DNA of 64,000 bases from Nitrospirota bacterium (GTDB taxonomy: Bacteria; Nitrospirota; UBA9217), in NCBI GenBank assembly GCA_963751455.1, contig CAVVUN010000002.1, positions 160,001-224,000 of the forward strand. Direction: 5' to 3'. A program made the translations under genes and the position numbers. The notes under the pieces are model-generated. The model saw only the letters and a list, made by a program, of their open reading frames with translations, did no database searches and had not been told where the DNA came from. Shown piece by piece: positions 56,182 to 64,000 of the stretch (its first letter is position 1; every line of letters begins with the position of its first letter).

Positions 56182-56418
56182 ATGAATGTGGAGGTAAAGG
56201 AAGAAGTACTTATGGAACGCCTCAGGGTTGAGAATCCTGAGTATCAGAGATGGGAACAGGAGCACCGGAAGCTGGAAAACACGCTGATGTCCTTTGAAGC
56301 ACACCGGTATCTCACCCCTGAGGAGGAACTGGAGCGGAAGAGAATTCAGAAACTGAAACTCGCGGCAAAAGACAGAATGATGGAAATTATCAGGCGGTCA
56401 AAAGTAGGACGGGCCTGA
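56182..56418 (+). CDS. DUF465 (YdcH-like) small coiled-coil protein
   Basis: EHRKLE..LTPEEELERKRIQKLKLAAKDRM; AGGAGG RBS. Confidence 0.85.
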   Translation: MNVEVKEEVLMERLRVENPEYQRWEQEHRKLENTLMSFEAHRYLTPEEELERKRIQKLKLAAKDRMMEIIRRSKVGRA

Positions 56419-56424
56419 AGGCGG

Positions 56425-56468
56425 CAAGGCAAGGTTAAAATATATACCTTGCCTTTTGTGTTTTTGTT
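56425..56468 (+). terminator. Intrinsic terminator
   Basis: AAGGCAAGGT...ACCTTGCCTT stem followed by a T-rich tract. Confidence 0.7.
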
Positions 56469-56708
56469 GAGCAGAAGACCGAAATCCCTCTTTACCAAAA
56501 AGAGTAAAGGGGGCTTTTTTTATTTACACTTAGCTGCAATAATTATCAACTAGTTACAACCCCCATACGGCCTAAATTCGCCCCATATATTTCTTTAAAT
56601 TTCAAATAGTTATATCCATACGTCCAAAGGTGTAGGTACTTTTATCCTTCATACATCTTTAACCATTATTTCCATTGCGGGTTTACCTTCCCCCTTCCTG
56701 CTCCGGCA

Positions 56709-57134
56709 TTACCTATCTAGACCGAAACTTTCCGGCGGTTCTGAGTTTTCTTCCTGCGTTTCCATACTGAGAAGGCCAAATACATTAGGTCCGGGTCGTG
56801 TGAAAATTTCTTTTCGTCTAACGTACCAACCTAGAGCGCCGCTTAATGATGTTCTTTCTTTTTTTGATGTACCTTTGCCAATACCGCTTAAAATTTCAGT
56901 AATGTGCATAGGTTTTCCAATTTCTTTAAGAAAATCATGAGTTTTCGCTATACTGCTTCCTGGCCTCAATGTGCTTTCAGCTAAAGCCCCTCTCATGTCA
57001 TCTCGTGGAACCATTTTCAATGAGTCTTGAAGTGCTTGTATATATGCCTTAGCTTCTCTAATTTTCGCTTCGTATTCCACAATCTCCTGCTCTTTCTTCT
57101 TAATCTTTTCTTCGAATTTTCCCCGAAGTGACAT
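56709..57134 (-). CDS. Coiled-coil plus winged-helix-like hypothetical protein
   Basis: AGGAGG RBS; LKEIGKPMHITEIL..F.RPGPNVFGL. Confidence 0.75.
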   Translation of the reverse strand: MSLRGKFEEKIKKKEQEIVEYEAKIREAKAYIQALQDSLKMVPRDDMRGALAESTLRPGSSIAKTHDFLKEIGKPMHITEILSGIGKGTSKKERTSLSGALGWYVRRKEIFTRPGPNVFGLLSMETQEENSEPPESFGLDR

Positions 57135-57276
57135 GGCATAAACCTCCTAAGTAATTGCTGCAATGGGTGATAATAGCATATGTGGAAATATGGTGTCAAG
57201 GTAAAAAAAGAGTTGCAGAAGGGTATGGTTTGTGTTATGATCGCCCATTCTTCACCACTACAGGAGGATACTGATA

Positions 57277-58104
57277 ATGGACACACCCCTAGATTCAGTA
57301 TTAAATGCGTTAAATGATAGGAAGAAAACAACCGCTTTAGGTGGCGAGTATTGGATGGGAAGAGACATCCAGAGCATCTTAGGTTATGAAACATGGGAGA
57401 ACTTTAACAAGGTTATAAATAAAGCTCAAATGGCATGCGAAAGCACGGGCATTAGCGCTGCCGATCACTTTCGTGAAACCACGAAAGGGATAGTGGCTGG
57501 CAAGGGCGCATTGATGCAAAGAATAGATTTTTTTCTGACGCGGTATGCCTGTTACTTGATTGCAATGAATGGAGATTCAAATAAGCCACAGGTTGGCATG
57601 GCACAAACTTATTTCGCAGTTCAAACGCGGAGGCAAGAAAAACAAGATATGCTCACCGCGCAAGAAAGACGCCTCCAATTGCGGGATCGTGTGAAAAACG
57701 CTAATAAGAATTTAAACAAGGCCGCACAAGGGGTTGGTGTTAAAAGATATGCCCTATTTCACGACGCCGGATATAAAGGATTATATGAAATGGGTCTATC
57801 AAGTATAAAAAGCAAAAAGGGCATCCCTCCACATGAGGAGCTAATGGACCGTGCAGGCAGAGCAGAACTGGCGGCTAATGAGTTTCGGATAACGCAGACA
57901 GAAGGCAAGTTGATGCGAGGTGGTATACATGGCGAACAGCAAGCTATACGCACCCATCATGAAGTTGGGCGAGAAGTAAGATCTGTAATCAAAAAATTAA
58001 GCGGCATTATGCCCGAAGAATTACCTGCCGAGGAATCTATAAAAAATTTAATTAAAACCCGATCAAAAAAGAGGATACAGAACCAAGCCAAAATAGAGGA
58101 GTAA
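57277..58104 (+). CDS. dinD: DNA damage-inducible protein D (BRO-like N-terminus)
   Basis: EYWMGRDIQSILGY..WENF, LTRYACYLIAMNGD, AQTYFAVQTRRQE, ELAANEFRITQT, MPEELP. Confidence 0.92.
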   Translation: MDTPLDSVLNALNDRKKTTALGGEYWMGRDIQSILGYETWENFNKVINKAQMACESTGISAADHFRETTKGIVAGKGALMQRIDFFLTRYACYLIAMNGDSNKPQVGMAQTYFAVQTRRQEKQDMLTAQERRLQLRDRVKNANKNLNKAAQGVGVKRYALFHDAGYKGLYEMGLSSIKSKKGIPPHEELMDRAGRAELAANEFRITQTEGKLMRGGIHGEQQAIRTHHEVGREVRSVIKKLSGIMPEELPAEESIKNLIKTRSKKRIQNQAKIEE

Positions 58105-58513
58105 TCATATCTTTATTAGACCATCTTGCTTTTGCCGTTTCTGCGCAATGCCCTTACAGTCTTTTATTCTTCTTTTCCGCATCATGAAAGCTTGTCCGCT
58201 CAGCGTGGCAAGAAAAAAGTTTTGAAAACGTTTTCAAAATGACCCATTACCCTTTTCTTCTTTTGGTTGACTCCTACGCTGAATTTATGTTAAAAATACT
58301 CACGGTCTCTATACGGCCCGATATTTTAAAACTCATTTGAACATATTCAAGGGGTTAATTAAAATTTTAAATTCTTTTATTGACTCCCTTCCCGTATCTA
58401 TGTTAAAAATATCAAACGATTAGCTCTCAAAATTCCCGTTAACAGCTCTTTGCGAGTCATAAAAGCTCAATAATTTACAGTATGTATCCTTAATTTCCCG
58501 AGGAGTTATAAGT

Positions 58514-60166
58514 TTGAAAAGCGACAGGATAAAAAAAGGCCTGGAGCGGGCGCCGCACAGGTCTCTTTTGTTTGCGACCGGCATTACCCGCTCGGAGCTT
58601 AACAAGCCGATGATCGGCGTGGCGACCAGCTTTACCGATCTCATTCCCGGCCACATCGGCATGCGCGATCTCGAGCGGTTTATTGAAAAGGGCGTGCACG
58701 CAGGCGGAGGCTGGCCTTTCTTCTTCGGTCTCCCGGGGATCTGCGACGGCATTGCAATGGGCCATTCGGGGATGCATTATTCCCTGCCCTCCCGTGAGTT
58801 GATAGCTGATATGGTCGAGTCCGTTTCCATGGCGAATGCCTTTGATGGTCTTGTTCTGCTGACGAACTGCGATAAAATTACGCCCGGCATGCTGATGGGC
58901 GCTGCACGCGTCAATATACCGACCATTGTGGTTACGGCGGGACCCATGCTGTCCGGGCATCTGAACGGCCGGAGACTTTCACTCGTCAACGATACGTTCG
59001 AGGCGGTCGGGAAGTTCAGAAAAGGATTGATCGATGCCCGGGAACTCGAGCAGCTCGAAATGTGCGCCTGTCCCGGGCCCGGTTCCTGCCAGGGTATGTA
59101 TACGGCAAACACAATGGCGTGCGTAACCGAAGCAATCGGGATGAGTCTTCCTTATTGCGCTACTGCCCTCGCCGTCTCCTCGGAAAAGCGGCGGATCTCG
59201 TTCGAAAGCGGGAAGCGGGTTGTCGATCTGGTGAAAAACAATATTACTCCCAGGAAGATCATGACCGCGAAGGCGTTCGAGAACGCCATTCGCGTGGATA
59301 TGGCGCTGGGAGGCTCAACGAACACGGTGCTGCATATTCCGGCGATCGCCTATGAAGCGGAGGTTCGCCTTCCGCTCGACCTGTTTGACGAAATCAGCAG
59401 GAAGACGCCTCATCTTTCGGATATGCTTCCGGGCGGGAAACACTATCTCGAAGATCTCCATTATGCGGGCGGTATTCCGGGAATCCTGAAGAGATTAAAA
59501 GGGAAGCTGAACAACACCATGACCGTTTCGGGGAGCCGCATTCTTGAAATCGAAAAGGGAGCTGAAATTACCGACGAAGAAGTTATCCGCCCTCTCAATA
59601 AGGTCCACCATGTTGAAGGTGGAATCGCGGTTCTCAGAGGGAATATTGCGCCGGACGGATGCGTTGTCAAACAGACCGCGGTGAGTGCAAAGATGATGAA
59701 GTTCGAAGGAAGGGCAATCGTCTTCGATTCCGAAGAAGAGGCAATGAAGGCGATTCTCGGCGGCGTAATCAAGCCCGGACATGTGGTTGTCATCCGGTAC
59801 GAAGGTCCCAAGGGAGGGCCGGGTATGCGGGAGATGCTCTCTCCTACGTCGGCCATTTCCGGAATGGGACTCGGCGATTCCGTCGTCCTGCTGACCGACG
59901 GCAGGTTCTCCGGCGGCACCCGCGGCCCCTGCATCGGACACATTTCTCCGGAAGCGGCCGAGGGCGGACCCATAGCGGCTGTCCGGAACGGGGACCGGAT
60001 AGTTCTCGACATCCCGAACCGTAAACTGGAGATCAGGCTGTCGAAGGCAGAGCTAAAAAAGCGGCTCGCAGCGTGGAAGCCCAGGCAGCCCAAGATCAAG
60101 AACGGCTGGCTCGCTCGGTATGCAAGGATGGTTACGTCAGCAAATACAGGAGCGGTACTAAAGTAA
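58514..60166 (+). CDS. ilvD: Dihydroxy-acid dehydratase
   Basis: [60 protein letters not shown] start. Confidence 0.97.
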   Translation: MKSDRIKKGLERAPHRSLLFATGITRSELNKPMIGVATSFTDLIPGHIGMRDLERFIEKGVHAGGGWPFFFGLPGICDGIAMGHSGMHYSLPSRELIADMVESVSMANAFDGLVLLTNCDKITPGMLMGAARVNIPTIVVTAGPMLSGHLNGRRLSLVNDTFEAVGKFRKGLIDARELEQLEMCACPGPGSCQGMYTANTMACVTEAIGMSLPYCATALAVSSEKRRISFESGKRVVDLVKNNITPRKIMTAKAFENAIRVDMALGGSTNTVLHIPAIAYEAEVRLPLDLFDEISRKTPHLSDMLPGGKHYLEDLHYAGGIPGILKRLKGKLNNTMTVSGSRILEIEKGAEITDEEVIRPLNKVHHVEGGIAVLRGNIAPDGCVVKQTAVSAKMMKFEGRAIVFDSEEEAMKAILGGVIKPGHVVVIRYEGPKGGPGMREMLSPTSAISGMGLGDSVVLLTDGRFSGGTRGPCIGHISPEAAEGGPIAAVRNGDRIVLDIPNRKLEIRLSKAELKKRLAAWKPRQPKIKNGWLARYARMVTSANTGAVLK

Positions 60167-60254
60167 AAATCCCAAATCCGAAGTCCTAATTTCCGAGCAA
60201 TATAGAATGAACAAAATCCAATTCAGGATTTCGAAATTCGAATTTAGGATTTGC
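60167..60254. repeat. Intergenic heptamer inverted-repeat element (AAATCCN / GATTTCG type)
   Basis: AAATCCCAAATCCGAAGTCCTAATTTCCG...GGATTTCGAAATTCGAATTTAGGATTTG. Confidence 0.65.
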
Positions 60255-60272
60255 ATTAACAGTGGGTGAATT

Positions 60273-62012
60273 ATGTCGAACAAGCAGATTACCGGTGCGG
60301 ATATTTTTCTTGAAAGCCTGAAGAAGGAGAAGGTAGACACCCTCTTTTGTTATCCGGGCGGCGTTGTGCTCAAGATCTTCGATGTCCTGTACGACCAGAA
60401 GGACATACGGATAATCCTGCCGCGGCACGAGCAGGGCGGCGTGCACATGGCCGACGGGTACGCCCGCTCGACCGGGAAGGTCGGGGTTGCGCTCGTCACG
60501 TCAGGCCCCGGCGCCACGAATGTCGTGACGGCGCTTGCTACGGCATACATGGACTCGATCCCGATCGTCGTATTTACCGGCCAGGTGCCGACTGCGCTTA
60601 TCGGCAACGATGCGTTCCAGGAAGCGGATATCGTGGGTATCACCCGTCCGTGCACGAAGTATAATTTTCTTGTCAAGGACGTCAATGATCTCGCCCGCAC
60701 AATCAAAGAGGCTTTCTATATCGCTTCAACGGGAAGGCCGGGACCGGTGCTCATCGACCTGCCCCGCGACGTGGTTACCAGCAAGGCCGAGTTCCATTAT
60801 CCCGACAAGGTGGAAATCAGGAGCTATAACCCGACGGTGACGGGCAATAAATGGCAGATCAAACAGGCGGTCGACGCGATTGCGAAAGCCAAGAAACCGG
60901 TTGCCTATATCGGCGGAGGTGTTATTCTCTCAAACGCGGCAGCGGAGATCCATGAATTCGCCGAGATCACGAAGATCCCGGTGACGCATACGCTGATGGG
61001 CATCGGCGGTTTCCCCGGCACACATCAGCTTTCGCTCGGCATGCTCGGCATGCATGGCACCTACTACGCCAACATGGCGATTCACAATTCCGATCTTATT
61101 GTCGCAATCGGCGCACGGTTCGACGACCGGGTCACCGGAAAGGTTGAAGGGTTCGCCCCCGAGGCGAAGATCATCCACATCGACGTCGATCCCACCTCTA
61201 TCAGGAAGAACGTGCGGGTGGACATCCCTATCGTCGGAGATGTGAAGAATGTGATGACGGATCTTAACAAGGAACTCCGCCACAGCAAGGAACCCTGGGA
61301 TGCTATCCGGAAGAGCTGGCTGAAGCAGATTGAAACCTGGCGTGAAGAGCGGCCGCTCTCCTATGAATATGCAGATGATGTCATTAAGCCCCAGTTCGTC
61401 GTGGAGAAGCTTTACGAGGTGACGAACGGAGACGCTATCATCGTTACCGACGTAGGCCAGCACCAGATGTGGGCCGCCCAATATTACAAGTTCGACAAAC
61501 CGCGGAACTGGTGCACCTCCGGAGGCCTTGGCACCATGGGCTATGGCTTCCCGGCCGCGATCGGCGCCAAAGTGGCCCATCCCGACCGGAACGTATTCAG
61601 CATCTCGGGAGACGGCAGCATCCAGATGAACATCCAGGAGCTCGCGACGACAATAGAAAATAATATTCCGGTCAAGGTCGTCATCCTGAACAACCGCTAC
61701 CTCGGAATGGTGCGGCAGTGGCAGGAACTATTCTACCAGGAGAGGTATTCCTCGGTTGATCTTGGAAGCACGCCGGATTTCGTAAAGCTTGCCGAGGCCT
61801 ACGGCGCAGTCGGTTTGCGGGCGACCAGGCCCTCGGAAGTAGTGTCAGTGCTCAAAGAAGGACTCAAAGCGAAACGGACCGTGTTCATGGATTTCGTAAC
61901 GGCACGGTATGAGAAGGTTTTCCCGATGGTCCCCGCCGGCGCATCGATCAACGAGATGATCTTCGGGGACGAAAGGAAAAAACAGGAAAAGAAGCTGAAA
62001 GCGGTGAAGTGA
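60273..62012 (+). CDS. ilvB: Acetolactate synthase large subunit
   Basis: [49 protein letters not shown]. Confidence 0.97.
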   Translation: MSNKQITGADIFLESLKKEKVDTLFCYPGGVVLKIFDVLYDQKDIRIILPRHEQGGVHMADGYARSTGKVGVALVTSGPGATNVVTALATAYMDSIPIVVFTGQVPTALIGNDAFQEADIVGITRPCTKYNFLVKDVNDLARTIKEAFYIASTGRPGPVLIDLPRDVVTSKAEFHYPDKVEIRSYNPTVTGNKWQIKQAVDAIAKAKKPVAYIGGGVILSNAAAEIHEFAEITKIPVTHTLMGIGGFPGTHQLSLGMLGMHGTYYANMAIHNSDLIVAIGARFDDRVTGKVEGFAPEAKIIHIDVDPTSIRKNVRVDIPIVGDVKNVMTDLNKELRHSKEPWDAIRKSWLKQIETWREERPLSYEYADDVIKPQFVVEKLYEVTNGDAIIVTDVGQHQMWAAQYYKFDKPRNWCTSGGLGTMGYGFPAAIGAKVAHPDRNVFSISGDGSIQMNIQELATTIENNIPVKVVILNNRYLGMVRQWQELFYQERYSSVDLGSTPDFVKLAEAYGAVGLRATRPSEVVSVLKEGLKAKRTVFMDFVTARYEKVFPMVPAGASINEMIFGDERKKQEKKLKAVK

Positions 62013-62021
62013 AATGGAGTG

Positions 62022-62200
62022 AGCCGACACCCTGCACTCGCGGCTTGGCACTCGTAACCGCTGGGTGCAAGACCGTGTCGGCGTAACAACGAAACGGCAA
62101 CACCCTGCACACCCTATTCTCGCGCAAACGCACTCGAAGACATTGGGTGCCAGACTCGCGATGCCATTCGTAAGCGGCCGGGCGCAGGCACGGTTGCCTT
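62022..62200. other. Structured intergenic element between ilvB and ilvN
   Basis: Stems GCCGACAC/GTGTCGGC, GGCAAC/GTTGCC, CCTGC/GCAGG, GCACTC/GGGTGC. Confidence 0.45.
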
Positions 62201-62220
62201 GGTCCAAAGGTGAATAATCC

Positions 62221-62694
62221 ATGAAACATATTATCTCAGTGCTGGTAGAAAACAAATTCGGCGTGCTTTCACGTGTCTCCGGACTCTTCAGCGGGAGGGG
62301 ATTCAACATCGAGACGATCTCGATCGGACCAACTCTCGATCCGTCCATATCGCAGATGACGATCGTAACCTCCGGCGACGAGCGTATCCTTGAACAGATC
62401 ATCAAGCAGCTTAACAAGCTGATCGATGTGATCAAGGTGACGGATCTGGCTGAAAAGGAGTTCGTCGAACGTGAGATGTGCCTTATCAAGGTTAATGCCC
62501 CGGCAGAGCACAGGGCCGAGGCGCTCAGGATCGCGGACATCTTCCGGGCCCGGGTCGTGGACTCGACGATCAAAACCTATACCTTCCAGCTTACAGGGGA
62601 CGAAAAGAAACTGGCTGCTTTCATCGAGCTGCTCCGGCCGATCGGGATCAAGGAAATCGTACGGACCGGCAAAGTGGCCATTACCAGGGAATAA
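62221..62694 (+). CDS. ilvN: Acetolactate synthase small regulatory subunit
   Basis: [44 protein letters not shown]. Confidence 0.97.
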   Translation: MKHIISVLVENKFGVLSRVSGLFSGRGFNIETISIGPTLDPSISQMTIVTSGDERILEQIIKQLNKLIDVIKVTDLAEKEFVEREMCLIKVNAPAEHRAEALRIADIFRARVVDSTIKTYTFQLTGDEKKLAAFIELLRPIGIKEIVRTGKVAITRE

Positions 62695-62776
62695 TTTCAA
62701 TAAACTGATGCGGGTCTACGATGGGAATGAAGAGTTCGTTCCGCGTCCTGGATCACGAATCGAATAAAGGTGAAAC

Positions 62777-63427
62777 ATGATTAGAAACGGATTTAAAAAA
62801 ATAGCTCTCGTGATAGCGCTGGGATTTGCAGTATCCGGATGCGCCCACCGGGGACCGATTCTGGTTGATTTCTCGTATAAGCGGTCGAACGCGCTGCATG
62901 AGGTGGCAAAGGCGACCGTAGGAGTCAGCCCTTTTAAAGATGAGCGTGGCAAGGTCTCATCGGTCGTTGGAACAAGGTTCCTCGATATTAATAATGCGAC
63001 AAACGAGCTCGTTGTCCAGGGTACGGTAGCGGAAAAGGTAACATCTGCCCTGAAGACGGCGCTCTCCGACCAGGACATCCCCGAAAAAGATTTTGCATCA
63101 TGGGACCTCACGGAGCAGGGCATTCCGGCGGACAAGGCGGACGTCCTGATCAGCGGAGAGATCAAATCGTTCTGGATCGAGTCGACCTCGACCCTCGCAA
63201 ATACGGTTGCCAAGGCGACTGTGGAACTCAGGGTTTCGATTGCCGATATTAAACAGAAGAAAATTATTCGCGTTTTGAACGTGAGCAGCAAGATCGAGCG
63301 GCAGAATGTAACGTACACGAATCCGTTCATAGCGGGTGTTCTTTCCGAAGCCCTCACGGGGGCGATAGACCAGGTATTTGGCGATCAGGAATTAAAGAGC
63401 AGGTTGCAGCAGCCCGGCAGTCAATAA
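62777..63427 (+). CDS. Lipoprotein (YajG-like) inserted in the ilv operon
   Basis: VSGC lipobox; VSPFKDERG; ISGEIKSFW. Confidence 0.75.
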   Translation: MIRNGFKKIALVIALGFAVSGCAHRGPILVDFSYKRSNALHEVAKATVGVSPFKDERGKVSSVVGTRFLDINNATNELVVQGTVAEKVTSALKTALSDQDIPEKDFASWDLTEQGIPADKADVLISGEIKSFWIESTSTLANTVAKATVELRVSIADIKQKKIIRVLNVSSKIERQNVTYTNPFIAGVLSEALTGAIDQVFGDQELKSRLQQPGSQ

Positions 63428-63526
63428 GCCAGGACCGCGGAATGCCGCATAAAACGGGCGCCCTATGGCTCGCGAGGAGGCGCTTCCCGGCACCGCTGAA
63501 AATATTTACTATCATTGAAAGGGGAC

Positions 63527-64000
63527 ATGATGAAAGTTTACTACGATAAGGATGCCGATGCAAATCTGCTGAAAGGCAAGAAGGTTGCCGTGATAGGCTA
63601 CGGAAGCCAGGGCTTCGCCCATTCAAACAACCTCAAGGAAAGCGGCGTCGACGTAATGGTCGGCCTCAGAAAGGGCAGCAAATCCTGGGAGAAGGCGGCC
63701 GGGGCCGGGCTCAAAGTCGTTGAACCCGGGGAAGCGGCTAAAACGGCGGATATCATCATGATCCTGGTCCCTGACGAACTGCAGGGCGGCATGTACAAGA
63801 AGGACATAGAGGGCAACATTAAAAAAGGCGCGTATCTGGCATTTGCGCACGGCTTCAATATCCATTTCGGCCAGATTGTTGCCCGCGAAGACGTGAACGT
63901 GTTCATGGCGGCCCCCAAGAGCCCCGGTCACCTCGTGCGCTCGCAGTATGTAAAGGGTGAAGGCGTGCCCGGATTGATCGCGATTCACCAGAACCCGTCG
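63527..64000 (+). CDS. ilvC: Ketol-acid reductoisomerase, 5' part (runs off the window)
   Basis: Manual translation [59 protein letters not shown]. Confidence 0.96.
   Translation, partial: MMKVYYDKDADANLLKGKKVAVIGYGSQGFAHSNNLKESGVDVMVGLRKGSKSWEKAAGAGLKVVEPGEAAKTADIIMILVPDELQGGMYKKDIEGNIKKGAYLAFAHGFNIHFGQIVAREDVNVFMAAPKSPGHLVRSQYVKGEGVPGLIAIHQNPS

Noticed and set aside
58105-58513. T-box or leader-peptide attenuator upstream of ilvD
   Set aside because: I could not find a T-box motif or an Ile/Leu/Val-rich leader ORF with a terminator.
1-64000. tRNA, rRNA or known riboswitch genes
   Set aside because: None recognised by eye; a covariance-model scan was not possible, so weak cases could be missed.

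Overview
Bacterial chromosomal window of about 50% GC. Gene style suggests Nitrospirota or a Deltaproteobacterium, but that is inference only. Positions 2.3-52 kb are a large cell-surface glycan and surface-protein island. It holds GT2/GT4 glycosyltransferases, a Wzm/Wzt ABC exporter, CysC plus a sulfotransferase-like protein, coiled-coil GTs, an AlgI/AlgX-type O-acylation module, and a nine-gene cassette built around a divergent 3-dehydroquinate-synthase-like cyclase and a NeuA-like cytidylyltransferase, with no NeuB/KdsA synthase in the window. It also holds secreted FG-GAP/CARDB and collagen/fibre-like proteins and two convergent TMTC-like membrane TPR proteins. The island is scarred by an IS1380, an internally deleted IS21 with a passenger gene, two RHH-PIN toxin-antitoxin pairs and several gene relics. 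Positions 52-64 kb are mostly housekeeping (rluB-like, acyP, tsaB, rimI, ilvD-ilvB-ilvN-X-ilvC), with a small AT-rich wHTH/dinD insert. Best candidates for novelty are the cyclase/cytidylyltransferase cassette (a possible cyclitol or carba-sugar surface modification), a palindromic heptamer-repeat element read in-frame inside both TMTC-like genes, the modular fibre-protein family, and a repeat array inside the IS21. All calls come from reading motifs by eye; no searches were run.
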